The position numbers and the translations under genes are program-made. A stretch of 63,779 bases of DNA, the filler included, from Hausera hauseri (taxonomy: Eukaryota): the NCBI GenBank assembly GCA_046269625.1. It is 11 parts of 11 records of this genome, joined end to end, with 100 filler letters (N's around TTAATTAATTAA, not from the genome) between each part and the next. Parts side by side here need not be neighbours in the genome. Positions count along the whole stretch, not along the records: positions 6,838 to 15,403 come from JBJURY010596555.1; positions 15,504 to 20,834 come from JBJURY010277841.1; positions 20,935 to 25,418 come from JBJURY010558673.1; 8 more parts are not named here. The stretch is one strand, 5' to 3'. The number at the start of each line of letters is the position of its first letter. Position 1 is the first letter of the stretch. The notes under the pieces were generated by a model. That model saw nothing but the letters and a program-made list of their open reading frames with translations. It searched no databases and was not told the origin of the DNA. Positions 12,400 through 24,331 of the stretch are shown here, piece by piece.

Positions 12400-13812
12400 C
12401 TTCGTTTTACTGCATCAAATAAATTAAACGCACATCAGCGCCAAATTTAAGTTCGTAGACCATGGGGAATCGAATGGCTTCATTAGATTCTTGGAATAAT
12501 GCTTTCTTGACTGAGTTTTCGAGTTCGAATAGCTAAATACTCGATTTTAAGCTCGAATTCGAATATATGACCTCATATTCCCATTCGCCATATATGTCTT
12601 CCTATCCGTATGCGCTATTAGATTTATCGATTTCTGCTTCTCTGGGCTTTAAATGCAGATTTTGCTTAATTAGATTTATTGATTTTATACCTATATAGCA
12701 CATTACCATGGAATAATTTTAGTGCACCTAGAGGTATTCGGACATGAGGAATCAAATGCTATACTTAGATTTTCCGAAAAGTTCGAAGTTCGATATTTGG
12801 GTGAAAATGTTCGAATTTCGAATATTCGACTCGATATTTGAGATCTCCGTACTCGACGTCCTATCTGCCCCCGCTAAATGTAATATGGAATTTTTCTTCC
12901 TTAGGGCAAATAAAACGTATGGGAAGTCTGCCTAAGTTGCACTTTGCATCGATACTATTCGAAATCCACTCCATCAATTTAAATTCTAATTGCACATTTG
13001 TGTACTGAATCATATTTTCAACTGATTGCACCCGGTCACATGTGCTAATCATCATTATTGGAAATATCGGAAAACCAATATTATTGATTTTTGCACACCT
13101 GCACATGTGTATGTTCACTGCAACGTGCCCAGGTCGATGCATCTCGACTTTCTCTATTCGCCAGCACTTGGTTCTGATGGATTCGATCAATGCTAGACCC
13201 TACAACTACAACTATGTGAAAAGTGCGAAAGTGCTATACAACGGTGCCCAAGGGCACCTCCGCCTTGAGCATTTCCCCATCGGTAGTGCACCGAGGGAAC
13301 TACCAATTAGTACATGTTAAGTATCGATTTTATCGATTTTTATTTTATACCACAAAGGTCTATGTAGGTTAGCCTTCAGTTGGCATTTATTCGAAAACCA
13401 TTTAATAAATTTAAATTCTAATTGCACATTCACATAGTGCATCGTATTTCCAATCGATCACACCGGGTCACATGTCCTAATCATCAATATTGAAAATATC
13501 GCAAAACCGATATTATTGATTTTTACACACTTGCACGTGCTGTGCACCTGCATAGTGCACAAATCGATGAACACTTATGTGCACTATCGATTAGCACTTT
13601 GTTCCGATCGATTCTATAAATTGTGCAATGTACCGCTATCGATTTGTGAAATGTGCAAAAATGTGCATGGCAACAATGCATAGCGGCACCGTCGCCTAGC
13701 ACACTACCGATCGGTAGTTCACCATGTGTACTATCGATTAGCATAGTGCACTATCGATTTTGCACTGTGCAGCCCCTCAGGAGGTGAGGTAGACTTCCCA
13801 TTTTCCCCTACT
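12400..13812 (+). mobile_element. Second, 5'-truncated copy of the same non-coding element (right terminus at 13812)
   Basis: Same repeat units (near 12461, 12743). Ends GTAGACTTCCCATTTTCCCCTACT, the inverse of AGTAGG..AAAATGGGAAGTCT at 10525. Confidence 0.62.
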
Positions 13813-13917
13813 ATTTACAATTAGTATGATATGCAACGAGTAAACCTTTAACAATTATTTATCCAAATGAATTAAATAGACAACAAACCACATTATAACT
13901 AATTACACGATGTACAC

Positions 13918-15403
13918 TAGGGACCAGTGAATTTACCGGCTGACATGTTCGCCTAGAGATCTGTTTGATATGACAATACGAAATTGTGTGCAAAATTTTA
14001 TGAAAACCGATTAATGTTTCCAATTTTTGAGTAGTAACTTTTATGCTTCATCCTTATTTTCTATATACTTTATATTTATTGTATCTTTGTTTTATCTTAT
14101 TATTTCTGTTTTTGTATCATTGATTTATCTTTGTTTTACATAAAAATAATTTAGTTATGACAATGGCTATGAAAATTGCTACAAAAAATTCAGACAGAGC
14201 ACAAACTATTTGGGTTTGGAGCTTCTCTACATCAGAACATGTTGCCAACTATTGGCGATGTCATGCGGTTAGTGTGGAAGTTAAAATGTTAAGATGGTGA
14301 TAAAGATTTGCCTGAATGAAAGATATTATCAAGAATGTTGCAGACGAAGTTGGATTCCTATTGGAGAAGGCTATTGGTAATAGAACAGTTGTTTCTTTAG
14401 TTTCTCAAAAAGCAGTTGAAGAGCGCAATAAGAGATTGTACAACAAAGGCGTGGAAGTAAATAAAATCAAAGGTGCTAACAAAGTTGCCACATACCAAAT
14501 TAAAATGGAAAAGCTCTTTCATATCTGGTCATGTGATTATACTTCAGGACGTTTCAGTTATTTTGGATGTAATGCAAGGCAATGACATGGTTTTCATCTT
14601 GATTGTAAGTGCAAAGTGAAGGTTCCAAAGAGAGAAGTGAGGTTTTTGGTGGATCAAAGAGGTGAAAGGAAGATGACCATTGGTGGAGTTGATATGACAG
14701 TTACAAAGATGTTGAAGAGATCCACTGTCAGTGCGGAAGAAGAGGTAACAAGAATCACGAAGTATGTCGTGCTGAATAAAACCGCTGAAGTATCTGTTAC
14801 TGACATTGGTATGGAATTAGAATCAGATAATGGCGCTACTCAGTCAGTGATACATACACACATAGACGGAGAAGCACATGACGCTAATTACATTCCTGCC
14901 AATGCTTCGTTCTTAATTAATCAAAACAGAACGGCTCTTCCAACTCTGAGATTTGTGATCGCTATGGTGTCAGCGATGAAGCTGGAGCTGCTACTGCATC
15001 TGCTGTGCTTTCCGATTACGGACTCATCACGTCAATAGAGAAAAGTCAAGCTATTGATCCGTCAAGCTGCACAGAGAGTCACAAATACAGAATGGAAAGA
15101 GAACAAAGTGAGATTGAATATTTTCAAAAATAACTGCTGTCTATTTTGATGGAAAGAAAACAGCAACACGAAAGTCGGTTCAAAATACGAAAGGCGAAAA
15201 ATGGAGTCCTAAGGTAGTTTTGGAGGATCATTATTTTGTCTTGGTCGAATCTGGCCATCGAACCTCACTCATGTTACTCCTGTCACTGGACATGAAAAAG
15301 CTATTGCCGAATCAATTTTCAGCTTCTTAAAATAAACAAATTTAACAGAACATTCGACGGAACGTATGTGAATGTAGGTTTTGCAAATAAAGTCATTCAC
15401 AAT
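13918..15403 (+). mobile_element. hAT-superfamily (hATm-like) DNA transposon, left end plus 5' part of a decayed transposase (about 14158-15403)
   Basis: TAGGG start at 13918. LPTIGDV, KLFHIWSC, CKCKVKVPKREVRFLVDQRGERKMTIGGVD, CDRYGVSDEAGAATASAVLSDYGLI, VYFDGKK, LEDHY, THVTPVTGH. Confidence 0.72.
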
Positions 15404-15503
15404 NNNNNNNNNNNNNNNNNNNNNNNNNNNNNNNNNNNNNNNNNNNNTTAATTAATTAANNNNNNNNNNNNNNNNNNNNNNNNNNNNNNNNNNNNNNNNN
15501 NNN

Positions 15504-16000
15504 ACTGAGTTGTCATCATGATGTCTAAATCTGGCGGTATCACTTTTTCCGCAACATCACGTTCTGCGACTGTCTTAGCTTTTGCTACGTTAGCTATTCT
15601 CAAAGAACTTACATAACTATTTGCAAGTTTCTTTAATGCAAATGCAAACTTGGTTACCGATTCACCCTTCTGTTGCACTCGGTTTTGAAATGCCATAAGT
15701 TTTTGTTGAGGCGTTACTGTTAGCAATAATTTACGGTTTAAGGCTCCTACCAGAGAGGACCAAGATTTCTTTTCGTCATTGGTAAGCTCACTATAAGCAT
15801 CGGCAGCTAAATTCTTAAGATACAGTGGTAAGCGTTTTATCGTTACTTCAGGAGTGAGCTAGCACCTTCCGCATGCAACTTATAAGTTCTCAAAAAATCG
15901 TTCAATCCGTCCGGGTCACCATCATATGCCGGCAGATTCAAAGAATCAAATGTGAAAATGTCAAGCTTCTGTGCTACGGCTGGATTATCTGCTGCAATAT
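15504..16000 (-). pseudogene. gag: gag N-terminus of the complex gypsy family
   Basis: AADNPAVAQKLDIFTFDSLNLPAYDGDPDGLNDFLRTYKL...FQNRVQQKGESVTKFAFALKKLA, closely matching gag at 42465. Confidence 0.85.
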
Positions 16001-16305
16001 CTGTCTTATTCTTGTAAGGTTTATTCTTAAGTTGAGAAAGTTTAAACTCACCGTTTGGTTCGACGTTAGTTATTTTAACTCTAGTTTCAGAATTTGCTCT
16101 GTATATAACTCTACGTGTCTGACGTATAGGTGATTTATCCTTACCGTTTATTTGGTTGTCAATATTCGTCCTGAATTATCCCTTTAAATTTTAGTCTGAT
16201 ATCTTATCCCAAATTTTCAAATTTCTCACAATTAATCGATGTGTTGGCGCTGATCGCCGATTTGTCGTTAATTAACTCTGAATAGTATCTAGCTAGGCAC
16301 AAACT

Positions 16306-16323
16306 GTCCTGAAAGGGTCGCAA
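16306..16323 (-). promoter_or_regulatory. Primer-binding site (tRNA-Arg type, degenerate)
   Basis: TTGCGACCCTTTCAGGAC, 2 nt after the LTR end TAACA; compare 42088-42105. Confidence 0.7.
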
Positions 16324-16325
16324 AA

Positions 16326-17045
16326 TGTTATATATTAGGATGGCCCTTATCACTCCCCCTTATATATAACGCAGTTTACACTTCAATTTAATAACTTAAT
16401 AACAGATTCGGTTTAACGTTCTCGTTAAACCAATGTGCCCAATATGTAAATATTTCCGTGCGTGTGAAAATACGTGCCGTGTCCTGTGCATAGGTTAGGA
16501 ACAATCTGGTGCTTATATAATTTACCGTGAATTTTAAACCTTAGTGATACTCGAATCAGCCTTAAAGGCCGATGGGAAACTATACGGAATTTTAAGAGAA
16601 TATACTAAACAAATAATAGATTTACCACACACAAATGCAGCAATGCGATAGTCACGTATTTCGAAATAGTCAAAGTAACGTTTCTGCTTCGGTTATCCGT
16701 AGATATCTTCAAAGTTAATTTTCGTAGCACAAATCAACTCTAAGGTCGATGACTAACAATAAACTACTACTGGTTCATTTTTGATTCCATATATACATTT
16801 TCTACCATTAGGACTTTGTAATTATTTTCAATTTTTAATGCATNNNNNNNNNNATTTTTGACAGTTGTTTTCCGATTTACTCTGATAATTCACGATTTTC
16901 TTTATCTCACAATTTAATGAGATCCAAGTCCAAATTCAATTTTAACAGTTAATATCTACAACACCACGATCAATATTCTAATGGACTACTATTTTAATTT
17001 ATTTACACCTCTTCTCATTTATACAACTTCTACTAAGTTATAACA
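16326..17045 (-). repeat. LTR (TGTTA...TAACA) between a PPT (17046-17058) and a PBS
   Basis: Minus strand reads CAGGGAGGAGAAA|TGTTA ... ATATATAACA|TTTTGCGACCC. The 3' part is similar to the LTR at 41296-42085. Confidence 0.85.
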
Positions 17046-18959
17046 TTTCTCCTCCCTGAGCGATATCTTCGGATGTGCCTATTGCATCAGGAGAGGTGGT
17101 GCCATAATTCGGGTATTGTAGCGCATTTAGTCTTTCTCGTAAGTCCGTTCTTGAATCAATCAGGGAATTAATTCGTGTACTGGTTTGGGGATTCTGCTCC
17201 GAGTAAGAAACAGTGGGTGCTTATATCTCGACTACTTGATTATTTTCGCCACGTGAAAAATATTTTAACTTGGATGCCTCTGCTCGGCATACTGGGCATG
17301 TCGTTTTCCCATTAATCAGCGTCTATTGTTCCAAACAATCTCGACAGTGACGATATCTACAGTTCTTATTTGCTAAAATTACNNNNNNNNNNTAATTTTC
17401 GATATCGTTATCCAAATCACAGTCCGTAACCCATGTTATCTCTTGGAACAATAATCCTTTTGGGTTCTTATAGAGGTATCCATGCAGTTGCTTTTGATCC
17501 GGATCTATTGAACTTTTCCGTGGGTCTCCATTAACAGCTATTAAGGTCCACTCAATTACGGGTTGAGTATCTAAGTCCGGGATTCCCATTTTCTTATACT
17601 GTTTTTTTTATTTCTATCCTAGCTTGTGTATCTACGGGCACAGTTATCTTCTTGGTTCCTGTCAACGATATGAATACTGGTGTTAAGTATCTTCCTAACT
17701 TGGGGTCAATCCGGGCATATGCATTTTCATGTATTTCTAGTACTGACATTTGACATAGTGACTTGCATATTATTGTCCCTTTTGGGTTCTATAATTCGTA
17801 TTGGCGAATATGGGTGGAATTGTTGGCTATGACGAAGATTCAATTCTTTGGGGTTTGTATTACTTAGCAAGTTGATTTTCGGACTCATTGCTGACCATTC
17901 ATGATCCCATTTTATCGTAGCGTAAATATCACGCAAATATTGGGTTCTTTTGGCAGCGGACAACTGCCGATTAATTCTATAGGGGGTTCCGTTCATGATT
18001 TCTATCATCGCTTTGAAATGTGTTTCCATGGTCATGGGGATTGGTCGGTTTACATTATCCATCTTCTCTTTAATTTTAGGGTGAGTCCAAAATTTTCGTA
18101 TTTCTGCTATATTTTTTGGGTTTATTTTCAGTTTGTCGACTTGTTCCTGGGTTCTAAATCCTGGATTTAGCTCCATTTCTACAATATTGACGTCTTTCCT
18201 CTTTATTAAATCCTCTTTTCTGACTCCCTATATTTCCGTGAACGTTTCTCTGATTTTTTTCGAGGTATGATTATTCTAGAGTAAACTTCTACTCCGTTCA
18301 TGTCTCTAATTGAAATCTCAATGGGAATATAATTTCCGTCATCCCCTTCTCCGTAGTTTGTAACAATTATGCGGATGTTTCGTTCAATCTTGGACTAGTT
18401 TATATGAACCTGGGTGTTGCTCTATTTGATTTTCTGTTGGATGCTGGTGGTATATTAAAAAAGGCAATTGCACGGATGGGATTTCTTCACGAGTGATTTC
18501 CATCATTAGCTTCACAGGTAAGGCTGCGATCCTTAATTCCACTTCCTCTTTCGCCAAGCTTTCTCCATGCATCTTAAAAGTGCTGAACTTATATTGTCGA
18601 CATTTGTCTGAATTCCAGTTTTGATCAGTCAGTCGATAGTAAACTTCTCCTTCTGCCAAATGTATATACACGTCGTTGTGATGTCCTAGTTCGAATCTCA
18701 ATAAGTTTCTTAAGCTATAAGCTCGGGCGTCTTGGTTATTCCGCATTGCATATAACCACAGCACTCGATTTTCTTCAACGATTCCTTTTAGACTGTTGCG
18801 TATTTCATTCACTTTGTTATATTCAATCGATTCCTTATTTTGTAATTCCATGTGAATTTGTGGGTAAATGCCTTTCGAATTTGGGGTTATAATTGTTGCG
18901 TTTCTTTGCAAAAATTCATCAGTATCGGTCTGGTCACAGCTTTCTTTTCGGCTCTCCAT
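17038..18959 (-). pseudogene. 3' accessory ORF of the complex gypsy: unknown N-domain + DEDDh-exonuclease-like domain + linker + RING-HC finger
   Basis: Fragments 18384-19037, 17727-18176 and 17323-17589 join through frameshifts. IEISIRDMNGVEVYSRIIIPRKKIRETFTEI*GVRKEDL; NCRYRHCRDCLEQ*TLINGKTTCPVCRAE; ends QGGEML* across the PPT/LTR. Confidence 0.65.
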
Positions 18960-19099
18960 TTTACTTACCAATCTGAAATAAAAGTAAATAAGATTATTCC
19001 TAAGACAGATTCGTATTTCGAATTGAAATATTTGCACTTTCTAATGACAGAATAACCAGATGTGTAGTTGTCAGGTTATTTTATCATATAAATCACTTT

Positions 19100-20430
19100 G
19101 ATAAACCACCCTTACTCCTATATTATAATTTTTGCACGGTCTTTTACAATTTTTGGTAATCACAAAAATGACGCGACTACTATTAGTAAGACAAACACTG
19201 ACGTCCCAATAATTGCTATAATATGTAGAGTTGTCTCTTTCAGTGGCTTCTGTGTTGTTATATATGTGGTAATTGTGTTATCTATGTTTTGGCTTTTCTG
19301 TGAATCTAGGTAAATACTTTCTGCTAAAGTGTGTAAGGTGATGGTTTGATTTTGCTTTTTTGCTGCATTCATTTGTATTATATATTCTGTCTAAGATTTT
19401 AATAATTTACATTCGATTTGTTGCGTTTTTTTAAGTGTTACTTTTTGTCTATTATGTAAGGTTTGACAGTTTATCTCTATATCGTAGTATAATCTTTCCT
19501 CGACAAAGAATATTATCTTATTTGGCAGCAGTAAGTATTTAACGAAAAATCTTCACGGTTCTCTTCCGGTTCTTTTACTTGCTGTGATGACTTCAGTAGT
19601 AGTACTAGTCGTTATCGTCGTTCTGATTGAAATCTTCCAAATTTGTCTTCCTAAACGATATCCTCTTAAGTATATGCTGTATTTCATAACTGTATCCTTT
19701 GGGCATTTTACAGCACGGTTTGGGGTTCCATCGACTGATAGCAAAATATTTTGCTAGTGGATTTTTTAGATGGTATAAATCGAACTGAGATATGGTAGGA
19801 TTCGGTTAAGCTTGTTCTAGTTTTAATTTGAATACAGGCATTTTTTAAATCCTTGGAGACTTCAACTATATTTTCGTCTAATAATTTAATTTGGGGGTCA
19901 GTACTTTGAACTATGTTGGATAATTTTACGTTATCCGTTGGGGTTTGCTTGGGTATAACTATTTCGACCAGGGGTCGTATCTATGTTCGAATGTTCTCAT
20001 AGGGGTAATAATACATAGGTATTACGTATCCGTATGTTCGTGCGAAATCTATTTCGCAACATTTTCTATAAATTCAATATCCAAACTCACAATCTTTTAT
20101 CTTTTCACTATTTTGATCAGTAAACTTTGTAAGAATTTTCATATATTCTATGGTAGCTTTGTCGGCTTGGAACCAAATACAGGGCTTTTTCCAATCTGCG
20201 TCATAATCTTTCATTGTTTTTAGATTTTTACGTCCTTTCAACCTTCCAGGCGTTGTTGTTCCTCTATGATTTTGGCTTCCTTTCCTTTTTTACTAATTCC
20301 ATATACATCTGTTAAACTGGATTCATTTTCATCCCACCATTGCGCTTTAGTCATAGGAACATAAGAGGTGATTAATGATAATGCTAAGATTATCTGTACG
20401 TAAGATATTGGTCTACTGATTATGGAGGAC
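19100..20430 (-). pseudogene. Type I membrane protein fused in frame to the integrase (signal peptide, Thr-rich stalk, FN3-like domain, TM)
   Basis: RPISYVQIILALSLITSYVPMTKAQWW; RTTITTSTTTEVIT; DIEINC...IECKLLKS*TEYIIQM; TLHIIAIIGTSVFVLLIVVASFL. Confidence 0.62.
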
Positions 20431-20834
20431 GTTTTCATTTTCCTTTTATCTTGATTCGAGCTAGATCGCAAATTGTAACGTCTTTCTGGTCTCATTTCTG
20501 TTTTAACAACTCTCTGTATGGATACTGCCGCTTCTTTGCTATTTTTATTAATGTAAACAGTAGTTGGTGTGGTTCGAATAACTTTGTAAGACCCTCGTCC
20601 GGTACGAGTAAGTCTTAATGACGTACCTTTCTTTGCAACTGGATAGTGTACATAGACCCAGTTTCCTTTTTCTAAATCATGTGGTTTGGCCTTTTTATCA
20701 TATTGTTTCTTAAATTGTTCTTGATACTCGAGAGTAAGCGTCTTAGCTATGTCCCAACATTTTTATAATCTCATTTGTAAAACTTCCGCGAAATTTGGTT
20801 CTAAATCTTCTGGATTTGCATGATACTGAGTCAT
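20431..20834 (-). pseudogene. pol: Integrase C-terminus (GPY/F region) of the complex gypsy
   Basis: EYQEQFKKQYDKKAKPHDLEKGNWVYVHYP..LTRTGRGSYKVI..VYINKN..VSIQRVVKT..RYNLR. Confidence 0.88.
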
Positions 20835-20934
20835 NNNNNNNNNNNNNNNNNNNNNNNNNNNNNNNNNNNNNNNNNNNNTTAATTAATTAANNNNNNNNNN
20901 NNNNNNNNNNNNNNNNNNNNNNNNNNNNNNNNNN

Positions 20935-21263
20935 GTCAACAATATCCAGCCCCTTAAATGCTCAGTCTGCTGAATTTTCTCAGTAATTTCACACTTTCCC
21001 ACACAAAAAAAAAAAAAAACAATAAAATAGTTTACTTAAAAATTTCAATGTTCTTTTAAATCTAAATTTTTTAAAAGTATTAAAATATTTAATACATTTA
21101 AAGTTTCAGGTTTACACAATACAGAACAATAAATCCATCCAAGCAAAATATTATAACTCTACAGTGAGAATCTTTTTCTTAATTCTGAGGGAAAGTGTGA
21201 AATTTACAAACTGAGAAAATAAATTTTGAAGACAATACTTAAAGGGCTGGCCATTGTTGACAT
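20935..21263. repeat. Imperfect ~70-bp inverted repeat around an AT-rich core (foldback or MITE fragment)
   Basis: GTCAACAAT..CCAGCCC.TTAA...TTTTCTCAG..AATTTCACACTTTCCC at 20935-21000 is inverted at about 21189-21263. Confidence 0.55.
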
Positions 21264-21668
21264 TTACATTTTTTGCTGCTGTAAGTGTAATGTTTGTCCG
21301 ATTTTGATGCGGTTTGTTCTAAAATGTTAACATTCTAAATTATTTTTAAAAAAATATTTTTAAACAATTTTTTGGAGGTATAAAGGTACTAATCCTCCTT
21401 AATATAGGAAACTGAAAAATCCTATTTTGGAACAAGTGATAGTTTAGTTTTGCAGATCATCTATACATACAATAAAAGTCAAACATGCTTATATATATAT
21501 TTGTTCCTTATAGAAATCCATAAATTTGGAGGTATCAAGACCAAACTTGTATCCTTGAAGATTCTTAGATTTAAATACAGTATGAGAGAACAAACACTAA
21601 TGAATGCATATATGGAGAGTTGATACTTTATTCCAAATAACTGTTATGAATATTTCCCCTATAAAATA

Positions 21669-22241
21669 CAAGGTGCATTCAACTTCTACGGTCTCTTATT
21701 TCTTGTCTACAGAACTTTCTGCATTTTTAAATCATCAAACATGATCGCATACAAACGGAAATGCCAACATTCTTGGATATTTGTTCAACAGTCAATCGGC
21801 AGTCTTCCATAACCAACTTTTAAATGTGCTCAATCATGGCATCTGATTGAGAAGTGCTTGGCCAAGGCTCTTTTGGTTTGATTTTGCACAAAGTACACAT
21901 TTCTTTGAATTGTTGGACTCAAAAACACACATTTTCCAGATCTATGATACCTTCAACACGTCTCAATCAATTGACAATGGATTTGGATAGGTGACAAGAC
22001 ACCCAAGTGAAGAAATTGGATGATCACATGCTGTCCTTCATGCGTAAACGTTGCCATTTCCAGTATCAAAAAGACTTTTGTACATGCCACTGCTATGATT
22101 ACACAACACGTGAGACAGTGTTGGCATCTAGCCAAAATCAACTTAAAGAATAGATAAAAATTTTAACACAGTTCTCATGTTTCTATCTCCTTCCATTCTG
22201 GAGAAAATAAATAGGAGACCTTAGAAGTTGAATGCATCTCA
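21669..22241 (-). mobile_element. Internally deleted mariner element with TA TSD
   Basis: TIRs CAAGGTGCATTCAACTTCTACGGTCTC / GAGACCTTAGAAGTTGAATGCATCTCA flanked by TA. The minus strand from 22057 reads MATFTHEGQHVIIQFL...PIQIHCQL..QQFKE..PSTS..LVMEDCRLTVEQISKNVGIS (mariner HTH region). Confidence 0.88.
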
Positions 22242-23318
22242 TAGGGAAAAGTTAACATTTTAATAATGAAAATGTAAAAACAAGACTAACAATTAAATAG
22301 CAAAATATAAATTATAAGAACTTTTAAACATTTTCCCTGAATTAAGTTTAAATGGAGATTTTTTTTAAAAGATGCACATGAACATTATTAAATGACATAA
22401 TGTAAAAATAGAATCCAGTTAATTTAATTTCTAATCTAGTATTAATAGAGTATATGAGAATTATCTTTATAACTCTGACACTCAAAAACCTGAAAGAAAT
22501 ATGATGGCGAAGTTACATTCCTTGTACATGTAGCATCAAAAAGGATTTTTTTTTTTTTTGTTATGAGGTTTTTGTTTTACATCTTCATTCTTTAATAAGG
22601 TTAAACATAAGGAATTTGCCACCACCATGCTTGAAAGTGTTGACAATGATGATGAATTTCTAAAAAAAAAAAATCATGTTCTATGAGAAAGCAATTTTTT
22701 CATGTCTCGGGGACAGTTAAACAAAATATATAAATCTGGTATTCATAAGACCCTCATGTCACACCACAACCCATTAGGCAGAGTCCCAAAGTTAATGTAG
22801 GGAAATTTAAAATTTTCTTTTATGAATAAAGTTGTAAAAAATAAAAACCTCGAAAAGAAATGAAAAGAAAAACACTTTATATATAAATAAAACTATGTGT
22901 TGCTGTTACATGTAGAAGTAACATAACTTGGATATTTCATTTCTTTCAAGTTTTATTACGTGTAAAAGTTGTAAAGTTAACTCTAATGACCCTCTATATT
23001 TTTACTTTTTAGAAGGATTTTTATATTGAGTATACAGTTTTTATGTAATTCTGTGTTAGCCCAAGTATTACCAATAGTACAAGAAAAAATTTATAATCCA
23101 AGTTAGGAAAAAATCCATAATTCAAGACAATTCTGAGAATTTTGTAGAATTGTATTCTCGTTTTGATTAGAAAAATTTTAAATTCCTCAAATTACATGAC
23201 TACTATGGAGTCAGTAGTTCCTTTTACACAAATTCTATTCAAGATTAATTTTTGGGAATGTATCTATCACGTAAAAAGATGTTTAGGTGTATATTTTTAA
23301 TCAGTAAAAGGAACGAAA

Positions 23319-24331
23319 CAGATGCATAAGAACTGATTCAGTCATCCGCCATTTTTTTGGCGACCTTCCAAAGTTGCCAATTTGGCGGGTTATACAAAAT
23401 GCCAAACAAAACACTGTTAAAACATCATTTTCTAAAAAATCAAACACCTAAAACAGTCTAAAACACGGATTATAAAAAATTTACAACAAAATCGCATAAA
23501 ATCATCATTTTCAAATAAATCAAACTCCTAAATCAGTCTAAAACAAGGGTTATAAAATACTATAAAAATATCATTTTCAGGAAAATTCAAACTCCAAAAA
23601 TCGTATGAAACACATGTTATAAAAAAGGTATAACATAACACTACAAAAACCTCACTTTCTCATAAATTCAAACTCCAAAAACCTTCTGAAACACATTTTA
23701 TCTAATTTTTAATACAAATCATACAGTAAAATTAATAAAAACTGTAAATATAAATTCAAACTGACAACAAGAAATAACTCTCACTGAACCACGTGCTTTA
23801 CTGAACTAAAGAAATTCTAATTCATATCAAAAACTATGCATAGAAAGAAAATATATGTAAACATATACAAATCAATAGCAACAATTGCAATAAAGCCACA
23901 AAATGAAAATAACATGTAAATGGGCAAGAAACTAATACTACCTGCTACCAGCAAATACAAAGCAATTCTATATTAACTACACATACTTCCGCTTACTCCA
24001 TAAAAATGATGCCGCAATCTCCCGAATAATTCCAGAACACTTTAGACATTCCATATTGTCAACACAGACACCCATTCCAGCTAAATTACTTTTTAAATTA
24101 TTAAATTATGTTTCTAAACCACATAGCTTTCTTCCAACTGCGCAATTTTGTGTTCGAAGCTACACACACTAATACAAAGAGAAAGATGAAATCTCATACT
24201 GTCAACCCCAAATGACGTCAAACAAACACACCACCAATGTAATAATTTATCGCTCATAATGATATACAACATATGCCAATTTTGGTGCCAAATAAATTGT
24301 CAGCCAATATGAATCAGTCATTATGCATCTG
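23319..24331. mobile_element. ~1-kb MITE with 22-bp TIRs and four internal ~65-80-bp tandem repeats (about 23418-23700)
   Basis: CAGATGCATAAGAACTGATTCA ... TGAATCAGTCATTATGCATCTG followed by TA. Internal unit TCATTTTC..AAA.TCAAAC.CC.AAA..GTCT.AAACA..G.TTATAAAA. Confidence 0.75.

Noticed and set aside
10900-12800. Regularly spaced palindromic repeats as a CRISPR-like array
   Set aside because: Whole ~300-bp units are homologous, with no unique spacers, no cas genes and a eukaryotic context.
10519-13818. Target-site duplications for the AGTAGG elements
   Set aside because: Flanks TTCGAA versus TGCCTC or ATTTAC do not match; no TSD claimed.
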